Shown here piece by piece: positions 11,944-24,898 of a stretch of 64,000 nt of DNA. The DNA lies in contig CM059432.1 of the NCBI GenBank assembly GCA_030390025.1, positions 150,848,001 to 150,912,000 on the forward strand, given 5' to 3'. Position 1 is the first letter of the stretch. The number at the start of each line of letters is the position of its first letter. The translations under genes were made by a program, and so were the position numbers. The notes beneath the pieces are model-generated. The model saw only the letters and a program-made list of their open reading frames with translations. It did no database searches and was not told the origin of the DNA. Source of the stretch: Squalus acanthias. Lineage: Eukaryota.

Positions 11944-14900
11944 AGAACATAGAACATAGAAGAGTACAGCACAGTACAGGCCCTTCGGCCCTCGATGTTG
12001 TGCCGAGCATTGTCCGAGACCAAGATCAAGCTATCACACTCCCTATCACTCTGGTGTGCTCCCTGTGCTTATCCAATAACCGCTTGAAAGTTCCTAAAGT
12101 GTCCGACTCCACTATCACAGCAGGCAGTCCATTCCACACCCCAACCACTCTCTGAGTAAAGAATCTACCTCGGACATCCCTTCTATATCTCCCCCCATGC
12201 ACCTTATAGTTATGCCCCCTTGTAACAGCTGCCTCTACCCGAGGAAATAGTCTCTGAATATCCACTCTATCTATCTATCCCCCTCATCATCTTATAAACC
12301 TCTATTAAGTCGCCTCTCATCCTCCTCCGCTCTAAAGAGAAAAGCCCCAACTCCCTCAATCTTTCCTCATAAGACCTCCCCCCCAAACCAAGCAGCATCC
12401 TGGTAAATCTCCTTTGCACTCTTTCCAATGCTTCCACGTCCTTCCTATAGTGAGGTGACCAGAACTGCACACAATATTCCAAATGTGGTCTCACCAAGGT
12501 CCTGTACAGTTGCAGCATAATCTCACGGTTCTTAAACTCAAACCCTCTGTTAATAAACGCCAACACACCATAGGCCTTCTTTACTGCTCTATCCACTTGA
12601 GTGGCAACCTTCAGAGATCTGTGGATATGAACCCCCAGATCCCTCTGCTCCTCCACGTTCCTCAGAACCCTGCCGTTGACCCTGTAATCCTTATTCAAAT
12701 TTGCCCTACCAAAATGAATCACCTCGCACTTATCAGGGTTAAATTCCATCTGCCATTTTTCGGCCCAGCTCTGCATCCTATCAATGTCTCTTTGCAGCCT
12801 ACAACTGCCCTCCACCTCATCCACTACTCCACCAATCTTGGTGTCATCAGCAAATTTACTGATCCACCCTTCAGTCCCCTCCTCCAAGTCATTGATAAAA
12901 ATCACAAACAGCAGAGGACCCAGCACCGACCCCTGTGGCACACCGCTGGTAACTGGTCTCCAGTCCGAAAATATTCCATCCACCACCACCCTCTGCCTTC
13001 TATGAGATAGCCAGTTACTTATCCAATCGGCCAAATTTCCCTCTATCCCACAACTCCTTACTTTCTTCATGAGACGACCATGGGGAACCTTATCAAACGC
13101 CTTACTAAAATCCATGTATACGACATCAACTGCTCTACCTTCATCTACACACTTAGTCACCTCCTCAAAGAATTCAATCAAATTTGTTAGGCAAGACTTA
13201 CCCTTCACGAATCCGTGTTGACTATCCCTGATTAAGTTGCCCCTTTCCAAATGGTCATAAATCCTATCCCTCAGGACCTTTTCCATTATCTTACCAACCA
13301 CCGAAGTAAGACTAACCGGCCTATAATTACCAGGGTCATTCCTATTTCCTTTCTTGAAGAGAGGGACAACATTCGCCACTCTCCAGTCCTCTGGCACCAT
13401 CCCCGTGGACAGTGAGGACCCAAAGATCAAAGCCAGAGGCTCTGCAATCTCCTCCCTTGCCTCCCAAAGAATCCTAGGATGTATCCCATCTGGCCCAGGG
13501 GACTTATCGACCCTCAGGTTCTTCAAAATTGCTAAAACATCTTCCCTCAGAACATCTACCACCTCCAGCCTATCCACCTTTATCACACTCTCATCCTCAA
13601 GAACATGGCCCCTCTCCTCGGTGAACACTGAGGAAAAGTATTCATTCATCACCTCTCCTATCTCTTCTGACTCCATGCACAAGTTCCCACTACTGTCCTT
13701 GACCGGCCCTACCCTCACCCTGGTCATTCTTTTATTTCTCACATAAGAGTAAAAAGCCTTGGGGTTTTTCTTGATCCGACCCGCCAAGGACTTAGAAACA
13801 TAGAAACATAGAATCTAGGAGCAGGAGTAGGCCATTCGGCCCGTCGAGCCTGCTCCGCCATTCAATATGATCATGGCTGATCATCCAAATCCAGTACCCA
13901 GTCCCTGCTTTAATCCCCACAGTACACATATCCCACCCTACCCCCGTAACCCCACGTATTTAATTCCCCCTAACATATCCCATCCTATCCCCATAACCCC
14001 ACATATTTAATCCCCCCTAACACTAAGGGTCAATTTATCATTGCCAAATCAACCTAACCCACACATTTTTGGACTGTGGGAGGAAACCGGAGCACCCGGA
14101 GGAAACCCACGCAGACACGGGGAGAATGTGCAAACTCCACACAGACAGTCACTCGAGGTCAGATTCGAACCCGGGTCTCTGGCGCTGTGAGGCACCAGTG
14201 CTAACCACTATGCCACCGTGTTGCCCAGGGTGGACTTCTCATGCCCCCTCCTAGCTCTCCTAAGCTCTTTTTTTAGCTCATTCCTCGCTACCTTGTACCC
14301 CTCAATCGACCCAACTGAACCTTGTTTTCTCATCCTTACATACGCTTCCTTTTTCCTCTTGACTAGACATTCAACCTCTTTTGTGAACCATGGTTCTCTC
14401 ACTCGGCCATTTCCTCCCTGCCTGACAGGGACATACCTATCAAGGACACGCTGTAATTGCTCCATGAAAAAGCTCCACTTTTCGTTTGTGCCTTTCCCTG
14501 ATAGTTTCTGTTCCCATCTTATACTCCCTAATTCTTGCCTAATCGCATCATAATTACCCCTCCCCCAATTATAAACCCTGCCCTGCCGTATGGCCCTATC
14601 CCTCTCCATTGCAATAGTGAAAGTTACTGAATTGTGGTCACTATCTCCAAAGTGCTCTCCTACATACAAATCAAACACTTGGCCCGGTTCATTACCCAGT
14701 ACCAAATCCAACGTGGCCCCACCTCTTGTCGGCCTATCCACATATTGTGTCAGGAAACCCTCCTGCACACACTGTGCAAAAACTATCCCATCCGAACTGT
14801 TTGACCTATAAAGGTTCCAATCAATATTTGGAAAGTTGAAGTCACCCATGACAACTATTCTGTGACCTCCACACCTATTCATAATCTGCTTTGCAATTTC

Positions 14901-15268
14901 TTCCTCCACATCTTTATTACTATTTGGGGGCCTGTAGAAAACTCCTAACAACGTGACCGCTCCTTTCCTATTTCTAACTTCAGCCCATATTACCTCAGAC
15001 GGCAGATCCCCCTCGAACTGCCTTTCTGCCGTTGTTAAACTATCCTTGATTAACAATGCTACTCCTCCACCTTTCTTACCAACTTCCCTACTCTTACTGA
15101 AACATCTATACCCCGGAACTTCCAACAACCATTCCTGTCCCTGTTCTAACCATGTCTCCGTAATGGCCACCACATCGTAGTCCCAAGTACCAATCCACGC
15201 TCCAAGTTCTCCTACCTTATTCCGGATGCTCCTTGCATTGAAGTAGACACACTTCAAGCCATCTTCCT
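11944..15268 (-). mobile_element. CR1-clade LINE (near-complete ORF2 + 3' tail) nested in the Penelope element
   Basis: EN: LKCVYFNARSIRNK, ITETW, GDFN, SDHN; RT: NYRPVSLTS, QHGF, DFSKAFD, GVPQGSVLGP, KFADD; (TTCTATG)n-type tail; GGT duplicated at both ends. Confidence 0.95.
13794..14231 (-). mobile_element. V-SINE (HE1-like): tRNA head, V domain, CR1-like tail
   Basis: A box TGGCATAGTGG, B box GGTTCGAATC, V-domain GTGTGGAGTTTGCACATTCTCCCCGTGTCTGCGTGGGTTTCCTCCGG, tail shared with CR1 3' ends; TSD GGACTT at 13788-13793 and 14232-14237. Confidence 0.9.
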
Positions 15269-16745
15269 GGTGGCAGAAATGGCGGAGCATGATCCGTTGA
15301 ATGTGGAGGCTGGTGGGGTGAAAGGTGAGGACAAGGGGAACTCTATCGTGGTTCCGGGAGGGAGGGGCAGGGGTGAGGGCAGAAGTGCGGGAGATAGAAT
15401 GGACACGGTCGAGGGCCGTGTCGACCACGGTAGAGGGGAATCCTCGGTTGAGGAAAAAGGAAGACATGTCGGAAGCACTGGTATGGAAGGTGGCATCATC
15501 AGAGCAGATGCGGCGGAGATGGAGAAACTGGGAGAATGGAATAGAATCCTTACAGGAGGCGGGGTGGGAGGAAGTGTAGTCCAGGTAGCTGTGGGAGTCA
15601 GTGGGCTTGTAGTGAATGTTAGTCAATAACCTATCCCCAGAGATGGAGACGGAGAAGTCGAGGAAGGGCAAGGGAAGAGTCGGAGATGGACCATGTGAAG
15701 GTGAGGGAAGGGTGGAAATTGGAAGCATAGTGAATGAAATGTTCTAGTTCAGGGCGAGAGCAGGAGACGGCACCGATACAGTCATCAATGTACCGGAAAA
15801 AGAGGTGAGGGAGGGGACCCGAGTAGGACTGGAACAAAGAGTGTTCCACATATCCCACGAAAAGGCAGGCATAGCTAGGACCCATGCGGGTACCCATAGC
15901 AACACCTTTAATTTGGAGGAAATGGGTGGAGTCAAAGGAGAAGTTGTTCAATGTGAGAACAAGTTCAGCCAGGCGGAGGAGGGTGGTGGTGGATGGGGAC
16001 TGGTTGGGCCTCTGTTCAAGGAAGAAGCGGAGCGCCCTCAGGCCATCCTGGTGGGGAATGGAGGTGTAGAGGGATTGTACGTCCATAGTGAAGAGGAGGC
16101 GGTTGGGGCCGGGAAACTGGAAACTGTTAAAATGGCGGAGGGCGTTGGAAGAGTCGCGGATGTAGGTGGGAAGAGACTGGACAAGGGGAGAAAAAATAGA
16201 GTCAAGATAGGAAGAGATATGTTCCGTGGGGCAAGAACAGGCTGAAACGATGGGTCTACCGGGGCAGTCCTGTTTGTGGATCTTGGGAAGGAGGTAGAAG
16301 CGGGCTGTGCGGGGTTGGGGAACTATGAGGTTGGCGGCCGTGGGGGAAAGATCTCCAGAGGAGATGAGGTCAGTGACGGTCTTGGAAACGGTGGTTTGAT
16401 GTTCGGTAGTGGGGTCATGGTCCAGGTGGAGGTAGGAGGAGGTGTCGGAGAGTTGGCGTTCAGCTTCCGCTAGGTAGAGGTCGGTATGCCAAACAACAAC
16501 AGCACCACCCTTGTCAGCAGGTTTAATGACAATGTCGGGGTATAGAATTCTGGCTATTGAGATAAGATAGTTGTTGACACTGAATCAATAATCTTATTGA
16601 AACAGAAGGTTAAAGGCTCCTGACAGTCTGAATCTTTCAGAACAAAACAATGCTTCACCCTGTACAAGGTGTTCTAATTTACACTTCGTAAAGAGGCACA
16701 AACAGAAGGCCATAGTAAAAATGACATCAAATGAAATGCACCTGC

Positions 16746-17386
16746 TGTTACACCGTTTTTTATGGTAAGCTTCGAACACCTAGAGGAGAGACACGAGTCT
16801 GTATTGCTACCAGCTGAGGTGACTAAGAATTGCAGAAGTCAGCAGAAAAATGACTAGAGATAATTAGCTTACATCAGCAGAAAACCTTAAAGGAGATACC
16901 ACTGGAAAAGGGTATAAATATTGAGCTCTCAAATGGGATAATAGATTCGCTGTAAAGGGGCAAAGCGATTCTCAGGCTTCAGAGGCAGCTCTGTACGTCT
17001 ACAACTCTTTGTACCTCGGGGATCAACCGTACTGTATTTGATTTTGATGGATATCCTGAATAAGACTAAGAAAAGTAAAACTGTAGCGAAGTTAAGATTT
17101 GAGAATAAGGATCTCTGATAATAGAATTGAAAGCTTTCTCTTTTTGGAACTGTTAATGTTGCGATTGACTCACCAACTGTAAATTACATGTCGGTTCTTT
17201 AATAAATCTTTATATTTTTAGAATTGTCTCACATAATACTTCTGTATCAAACTCGCGAACTCAATCTCTGTACACTCTTTGGTGAGGAGTTGCAGAATTC
17301 TGGGGGAGTTTTCCGGACCCTCATAATATCCGGAACATTACAGTCTAGCTAAACTTATTAAAAGTGCTATCTGGAGGACGGTAACA
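16746..17386 (+). mobile_element. Probable LTR (641 bp) of an unrecognised LTR element
   Basis: TGTTAC...GTAACA inverted termini, TATAAA at 16913, AATAAA at 17201; no TSD seen. Confidence 0.45.
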
Positions 17387-17559
17387 TTTTGAGGTTGTTC
17401 CTTTCCATTAGGGAGAGATAGTTCGGACCTTTAGACCCAATTAAGCGTCTTTAGGATTTGGCTACCTCAAACTTTAGTTGAAAGTGAACGTCTGAGGAAT
17501 ACGCCTGATCCGAGGTAGCCCTAAAGGGGCTAGGACTAGTAATTATTCCTTCAATATAA

Positions 17560-18133
17560 TAACAGGTTTTTAGCAAATACAGAGGCAGGGAAAGGGGGGG
17601 TGCGGAGGGAAGAACAAAGGGAAGGTCTGTGATAGGGTGGAAGGCAGGAGAGATTAAATGACAAAAGGGATGATGGTGCAAGGCAAAATGGGATGGTAAT
17701 GGGACAATTAAAGAAAAAAGAGATGAATACAGAGGAGGTGCAACAGCTGCTGACTGAAAAATAGGGGCAGAGGTCATGGTCTGAAATTGTTGAACTCAGT
17801 GTTGAGACCGGAAGTCTGTAAAGTGCCTAATCGAAAGATGAGATGCTGTTCCTCGAACTTACGTTGAGTTTCATTGGAACAGTGTAGGAGGCCGAGGAGA
17901 GAGAAGTCAGATGTCAGAGTGGGAGTGGGGCGGAAAATTAAAATGACAGGCGACCGAAAGCTGAGGGTCACGCTTGCGACTGAACAGAGATGTTCCGCAA
18001 AGTGATCATCCAATCTGCGTTTGGCCTCCGCAATGTAGAGGAGACTGGATTGTGAGCAGTGAATACAGTATACTAAATTGAAAGTAGTACAAGTAAATCG
18101 CTCTTTCACCTGGAAGGAGTTTTTGGGGCCAGG
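17560..18133 (-). mobile_element. Penelope-like 3' fragment (GIY-YIG end + part of terminal repeat)
   Basis: NLVYCIHC..LYIAEA...EQHLIFRLGTLQTSGLNTEF, homologous to 11393-11750. Confidence 0.9.
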
Positions 18134-18424
18134 AATATGTTGGTTCATTTAACCTTTAGTAAACCTTCAAGCATTTGACTACGTGTTTCAATTCATTATT
18201 GGTACAGGCACAGGACTGCAACCTTTGTCTATATACTGAAACAGATTTACATTCCTAACAGGTAAGGTGACTTTCCCCTAGTATAATACTAGACCATACA
18301 GTTCAGAAATCTGTGCGTTTGATTCCCAGTCTGTGCTGAGTTATTCGTACAGCAGTAGGGTCACTACAATTAACCCCCCTCCTGATTGGCATTCAGTGAT
18401 TCTGCTGAAAAGTACTCCGGCAAT

Positions 18425-19132
18425 GAGTTTTAACTCCACAACGTGCGTGCTTTTTTTTCAATAAGTTCCCAGCCCAGAAGCCAGCCTGATTGATAGGCTG
18501 GGCTCCCTGTCGCACGGGGAACGCTGCAGCAGAAGCCACAGCCCAGGAGCAGGTAGGTTTCCTGGGGCTGGGGTAGAGATCGCGGGGGTGGGGGTGGGTA
18601 CAGTGTGGTTTGGAGGGTCGGGGGTGATCGTGGTGGGGAGAGGGGTTGTCGGAAACAGATTGGGGGCAGATATGGGGGTTTGTGTTTGGGGGTTAGTGGG
18701 GTGGTGATCGTGGGGGGTGGATCGGTGAGATCGTGGGTGTGGTATGATTGGGGAGGGGGTTCCGATCACGGGGAGCTGGGAGAAAGCACTCCTGCTCCTC
18801 TTGGTCCACAAGTAATTCTGGAAAGGCACTTACCTCTTCCACGCAGCAGTCTTCGCCTCCCTTTAGCTGCCGGGTTTCCCGAGGCCCGGGAAACCAGCCG
18901 GCCAGGGTTAAATTTAAAATGGAAGTAAAAGATGAGGCTTGCGGCCTTATTAAAATATTTAAATGAGCAACCCACCTTCTGAGAGCGGGTTGGTTGCCCG
19001 CCCTTTGTCCCACCTCCAGTAAAACCAGAAGTGGGTAGGTTTGAGGCGGGTTGGGTTGGGTTTTGAGATTTTTTGAATTTTTACATCCCAACCGACCTAA
19101 ACCCACTGGTTTTTTGTGGTTAAAATACCTCT
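18425..19132. mobile_element. Non-autonomous DNA-transposon-like repeat
   Basis: Weak terminal inverted match (GAGTTTTAAC / GTTAAAATACCTC); internal blocks (CTCGGGAAACCCG, GAGGAGCAGGAGT on the minus strand) recur at 59790-59880. Confidence 0.55.
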
Positions 19133-19469
19133 TATTATCGCGACCATTTTTTCAGTCTGTGTTAGGTGTTCTTTCTCCTGGAGCAAATGGCGAGTGTCTG
19201 GCATTGTAGGTCTTTTTGTTGATTGTAGTTTTTAATGTCGCTGATGATCATAATCATGCTGGTGGCAGTCCTCAGTTGTAAATGTGAGATACTTTTTATT
19301 AACTTCATTTTGTAATCGTATGCCAATGCCACTCAGTAGTCCTGTACTGTAGCCACTTGTCCTTTGCCTGTCATAGCAGAGTGAGTTTATGTTCTGTTTG
19401 AATGCTATTTGCAACATGCGGAGAAAAAAATAGCAAAACTCAAGTGGTTTATTTAATCAATTTAAATAA

Positions 19470-19660
19470 CTAAAACAGATTATCTGGTCATTATCACATT
19501 GCTGTTTGTGGGAGCTTGCTGTGCACAAACTGGCTGCCTTGTTTCCCACATTACAACAGTGACTCCACTTCAAAAGTACTTCATTGGCTGTAAAGCGCTT
19601 TGAGACGTCCGGTGGTCGTGAAAGGCGCTATAGAAATGCAAGTCTTTCTTTTTTTTTCTT
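19470..19660 (+). mobile_element. DeuSINE-like SINE 3' fragment
   Basis: Matches 25181-25352. Confidence 0.8.
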
Positions 19661-20984
19661 TCAGACCTCTGGCTAAGTCTTGATGTGATATTAATAATTT
19701 AAGGGAAGGTAGAAAGTAGGAGCCTTGTCGAGAGGATAACGGGACAAACCAACCTGTTCTGATATGCTCATTGTCTAACAGTGCATTACTTACATTAATC
19801 AAACTCTGAGCTATTCTTCTGCTTCATCATTCACTCTATGTTTTCTGGTAGCTTATATAAATAATTACAGATGTCTGAGCGTGAGTTATAACATTGTAAT
19901 TTAAATGAAGTGTTCAGGTGGTATCATAAATCAGAAAGGCAAAACTTGATTAAGTTGCAGCTTTATTACTGTCTGTCTGTTAATTTTATAGAACACACTG
20001 TGGGGTACATTTTCCTCTTTAGTGCTGCTTGTGCAAAGCTTTGTGTGCCGAGAATGCATATTTGGAATGCGGGCTTGTGCCCGATCGAAAGTTCATACAA
20101 ATTTACACCCATTAAATCTACGCTGAAGGTCTGCACAAGGAGCACTCAAAGGTGATAACTTACCAAAGGTGGATAAATAAAATGAGGTCTGTGCTTCTGA
20201 CAGAAAGGAAGGAAGGAAGCAAAGGAAAAGAAAGAAACTTGGATTTACATAGCGCCTTTTATGACCTCAGAATGTACCAAAGAGCTTTACAGCCAATGAA
20301 GTATATTTCAGGTGTAGTCACTTGTAATGTAGGGAACCACAGTTAATGGAAGAGTGAAACAACACTGAATGTAGATGCTGACAGACTCCTGTGAAGCCAT
20401 CACCACTGAATAGAATTCACAGAAGTGCACTCCAATTAATCGAACAATGGTCCTCTTGCCATTTGCCAGTCAGATACTGGCGATAGTCTGAGGAGATGGG
20501 CATCAGTGTCCCAACTTTCTCCACCCATTGACTTCTTGATCTTCGGTTGCGCTGCTGGGACAAGGTGTTGAGTGAAGAAGAAAGACGAAGAATCAGAGGG
20601 TCACTCGAGTCTTTGTTTGAGTCTCTCCCAACACCCACTTAAACAATATCAACAATGGTCTAGGAATAGGTTCCAGTTCAACAGCTCAGCTGGAATCTTG
20701 TGTGGTTCAGGAATATCATGAAACAGAGCAAGGAGAGAAAATATACTTAGGATAAGAGCGCAGCAAATTAGAGAAAGAAGTATCCCTGCTCAAAATACTG
20801 ACTCTAGACTCAGGCAAATTCAAGTGCCCTCGGAATAAATGTTCAACTGGTATTTCAAGTCTCTAGTTTACTGGCCACACTGATGTTGTCATAGCTACTA
20901 CCTCAATGGTGGAAAAAGGATCTTTGAACCAACTCTAATTCTTATGAGGAAATACAGATATGACAGGAGAGACTTTTATGAATG

Positions 20985-21245
20985 TCAGGCTTAGTTGAAT
21001 GGTAGTGCACTTGTCTCTGAGTTAGACAGCCATGGGTTCAATCCCTGCAACCAGGCCTGAGCACATAATCCAGATTGACACTTTAGTGCAGTACTGAGGG
21101 AGTGCTGCACTGTTGAAGGTGTTGTCTTTCAGATGAGATGTTAAATGGAGTCCTCATCTACCTGCTTGGGTAGATGTAAAAATGCCATATCACCATTTGA
21201 AGGAGAGCAGGTAAGTACTCCCAGCTGTCCCTGCCATCATTTATC
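20985..21245 (+). mobile_element. Degenerate DeuSINE-like SINE (5' part)
   Basis: B box GGTTCAATCCC and body GTGCAGTACTGAGGGAGTGCTGCAC. Confidence 0.75.
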
Positions 21246-21265
21246 AGATGATGTGTCAGTATTCT

Positions 21266-22855
21266 CTCTTAGGCCATCCCTCGGAACCGAGGATGACTTG
21301 CTTCCACATTAAAAATGAGTTCTCAGGTGACTGATGAGTCCAATGCGGGACCTACAGTCTCTGTCACAGGTGGGGTAGACGGTGGATGAAGGGGTGGGTG
21401 GGTGGGGTGCTTGGGTTGACGTGCGCTCCTTGCGCTTGGCTTCCGCTTGCTCCCGGCGAAGAGACTCGAGGTGTTCGGCGCCTTCCCGGATGCTTCTCCT
21501 CCACTTTGTGTGGTCTTGGGCCAGGGATTCCCAGGTGTCAGTGGGGATGTTCTACTTTTTCAAGGAGGCTTTGAGGGTGTCCTTGAAGTGTTTCCTCTGC
21601 CCACCTGGGGCTCTCTTGCCACGTCGGAGCTCCGAGTAGAGCGCTTGTTTTGGGAGTCTCGTATCGGGCATGCGGACAATGTGGCCTGTCCATCGGAGCT
21701 GATCGAGCGTGGTCAAAACTTCGATGCTGGGGATGTTGGCCTGAGCGAGAACACTGACGTTGGTGTGCCTATCCTGCCAATGGATTTGCAGGATCTTGCG
21801 GAGGCAGCGTTGGTGGTACCTCTCCAGTGCTTTGAGGTGCCTACTGTACATGGTCCATGTTTCCGAGGCATACAGGAGGGCGGGTATCACTGCTGCTCTG
21901 TAGACCATGAGCTTGGTGCCGGGTTTGAGGTCCTTGTCTTCAAACACTCTCTTCCTCAGGTGAGCGAAGGCTGCACTGGCACACTGAAGACGGTGTTGGA
22001 CTTCGTCATCGACGTCTGCCCTTGTTGACAGTAGGCTCCCGAGGTATGGAAAGTGGTCCACGTTGTCCAAGGCCTTGTCGTGGATTTTGATAATTGGTGG
22101 GCAGTACTGAGTGACGAGAGCAGGTTGGTAGAGGACCTTTGTCTTACGGATGTTTAGTGTAAGGCCCATGCTCTCGTATGCTTCAGTGAAGGTGTTGATG
22201 ATGGTTTGGAGTTCGACCTCCGAGTGAGCGCAGACGCAAGCGTCGTCTGCATACTGTAATTCGATGACAGAGGATGGGACGACCTTGGATCTAGACTGGT
22301 GGCAATGGAGGTTGAACAGTTTCCCATTTGATCTGTAAATTAGCTCCACTCCAGCGGGGAGCTAACTGAGGGTGAGATGGAGCATTGCAGCAAGGAAGAT
22401 CGAGAAGACCGTTGGTGCGATGACGCAACCTTGCTTGACCCCGGTCCGTACGTGAATTGGGTCTGTGGTGGAACCGTTGGTCAGGATCACGGCTTGCATG
22501 TCGTCGTGAAGCAGGCGGAGGATGGTGACAAACTTTTGAGGGCAGCCGAATTTGAGGAGGACTCTCCATAATCCCTCCCGGTTGACAGTGTCGAAGGCCT
22601 TTGTGAGGTCAAAGAAGGCCATGTACAGCGGTTGGTGCTGTTCCCTGCATTTCTCTTGTAATTGACGTGCGGTGAAGATCATGTCCATTGTGCCCCTTAG
22701 TGGGCGGAATCCGCATTGCGACTCTGGGAGGAGCTCTTCGGCCACTGGGAGAAGGCGATTGAGGAGGATTCTTGCGATAACTTTCCCTGTGGCAGACAGC
22801 AGGGAAACTCCTCTGTAATTACCGCAATTGGACTTGTCACCTTTCATGAAGAAGG
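21266..22855 (-). mobile_element. 5'-truncated RTE-clade LINE (RT domain to 3' end)
   Basis: NYRGVSLLS, QCGFR, FDLTKAFD, GVKQGC, LQYADD, LYASETW; a few stops. Confidence 0.95.
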
Positions 22856-22979
22856 TCACAATTCCGGCAGGGAGCACTGTGAAACTCACAGCCTGTGTGA
22901 AAAGGAGCAAGTAGAGATGGCAGCAAGGGAGCAGGAAAGGGTTAGCCAGAGGACCTATTGCAGACCACCCTCCAATGCT

Positions 22980-23270
22980 GAGTTGAAGTGAAGTCATTGT
23001 TGTGACGTAAGGCAAACGTGGCAGCCATTTGAGCAAAACAAAGTCCCACAAACAGAAATGAGATGAATGACTGGTTAATGTGTTCTTGGTATTGGTTGAG
23101 GGGAGTGTTGTTCAGGAGACTGGGATAGCTGACTGCTCTTCTTGAAATAGTGCCAAGGGCTGTTTAACATCAACCAGAATAAATAGTCAGGATCTTAGTT
23201 TGACATCTCATCCAAGGACAGCCCCTATTGCAATGCATCACTCCTCAGAGCTGTGCTGAAGTAGTCCACT
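22980..23270 (-). mobile_element. Old DeuSINE-like SINE fragment
   Basis: Diverged match to the SINE body (GGCAGCCATTT, CCCACAAACAG, TGAAATAGTGCC). Confidence 0.55.
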
Positions 23271-23424
23271 TCGAATAATTTGAAGTCATTTTTTACATAT
23301 GAAAAACTTGAATTATCCAGTAATTCCAATTAAACAACTTCAAATTAAGAGGAAATGATGGTTTCAGCCTAGATTATGTGCTCAGGTTCTGGAGAATCGA
23401 AATTGTAGGACCCAAAGACACTCT

Positions 23425-24260
23425 GGGCTGGATTTTCCAAGCCCCGAGGAGGCGGGCATGGAGGCGGGACAGCCAGTAAATTTGTGGGATAGTGGGGGTG
23501 GATGGCAAAGCCGCCCCCATCCCGCCTCTGTGCCCTTTTGCCAGGAGACGGGAAGAGATGCAGCTTCGGATCCCGTCTCCTGGAGGCAGGAAAGGCATTT
23601 AATCCTTGTAACTGCCTGTTAACAGGTAGTTAACAGGCAGAAAAAAGGATTAGTGCCATTTTACCTTCTCAGGTGAAGGCTTCCCGACCTCGGAGATCCC
23701 CGTCGGGTTGGAGGAGACGTGGAGGAGGTCTGCGGCGGTCGGAGGCACCTGGAAGTAAGATGTAGAGGTGAGTGATGGGTACAAGTGTGGAGTGGTAAGT
23801 ATGCAAGGTGAGTGATAAGTTTTAAAAAGTGTTCACTTACCTTGTTTTCTTTCTACAGCCTTCATCCGCGGTGGATCGGGAGGGCCGACATGCTGCTTGT
23901 CAATTTCACAGACTGGCTTTTGGAACCTCCATACCAACAGCCATGTGAAATTTACAAATTTGAAGGGTTTGATGAGTCCTGAACAAAAGGGCTCATCAAA
24001 CTAAAGAAAATGTCAGTGTTTGACAGCTTCACAGAGCTGTCAAACGCTGACATTTCTTCTTTCAAGAAGTCTTGACAGATAGCACGTCTGACGTTGACGT
24101 GATCTGTCAGTGACTTCCTCCCTAATTGGCCTGCTGAGCCCGCAGGGCGGGCTTAACAAGCTCAATCAGGGGAAAATCCCTTTGGTTGGTCAGATGAGGT
24201 TGGAGGCGGGACATTGACACGACAAGCAGCTGTCCCGCCTCCATTCACAAAATCCAGCCC
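23425..24260. mobile_element. MITE (same family as 8343 and 31981)
   Basis: TIR GGGCTGGATTTT / AAAATCCAGCCC; internal hairpin near 24010-24053. Confidence 0.85.
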
Positions 24261-24685
24261 TTTAAGTCTATTATCAAAACCTCAAGAGCCAGAAGTGGTG
24301 TCTGTTCCCTTGGCTTATAGGTTGGTCACTCTTCTGTCCACATCAGCATTTTTTCTTCTGCAAGATGGGTGACAAACATAACCGTTTTTACCCATTAACT
24401 ATATATTTTTCATCATTATGTTTTATTGTCGTTCTAGCATCATGTTTTAACACCTCATTTCTTTTTCCGCAATCTTTTATATTCTTTAAACCCTTGGTTA
24501 CTTTGTTATTTCTAAAAGCCAAGGCCTTTCCACTGCCTCTTGCGTTGCTGCTCATTCTTGCTGTGGTGCCAAAAAACAATCGCTTAGTTTTGTTCAATGT
24601 ATCCCTTGACAGAAATATACAGTTCTGTCCAACTGTTTGTTGGAATTTGTGCTCAGTTACCATTTTATGCTTTAATTTGGTCTTA

Positions 24686-24876
24686 AATCTAAGGACGGAG
24701 CCAATGTATAGTGACAGATTTACCGTAGCTATAATCTAAGGACGGAGCCAGTGTATAGTGACAGATTTACCGCAGCTATAATCTAAGGACGGAGCCAATG
24801 TATAGTGACAGATTTACCGCAGCTATAATCTAAGGACGGAGCCAATGTATAGTGACAGATTTACCGCAGCTATAAT
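24686..24876. repeat. 47-bp minisatellite, 4 copies
   Basis: Unit AATCTAAGGACGGAGCCAATGTATAGTGACAGATTTACCGCAGCTAT; only 2 substitutions across the four copies. Confidence 0.95.
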
Positions 24877-24898
24877 GTTTTGGAGTGCTTGCCTGTGT

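Larger units (their letters stand above)
11023..16541 (-). mobile_element. 5'-truncated Penelope-like retroelement (probably Neptune group), interrupted by a CR1 LINE
   Basis: RT motifs KGVAMGTRMGPSYA and FRYIDD (15631..16086); Cys linker CKRRRCNTC; GIY-YIG NLVYCIRC..LYIGET..RFAEH (11393-11943); 13-bp TSD ATAGAATTCTGGC at 11010-11022 and 16542-16554. Confidence 0.95.

Noticed and set aside
11393..12010. Stand-alone GIY-YIG nuclease gene
   Set aside because: It is the Penelope C-terminus; the ORF start lies in the CR1 tail
14155..14227. tRNA gene (also 24899, 34112, 63540)
   Set aside because: tRNA-like heads run straight into SINE bodies and tails
14208..15728. 506-aa ORF that looks like a novel fusion protein
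   Set aside because: Chance in-frame junction of Penelope RT tail, CR1 endonuclease and SINE edge, fully explained by nested insertions
24365..24739. Overlapping 124-aa (+) and 91-aa (-) ORFs
   Set aside because: No recognisable motif; hydrophobic look follows from T-rich composition
24686..24876. Repeat array as CRISPR
   Set aside because: Contiguous near-identical units, no unique spacers, no cas genes, eukaryotic context
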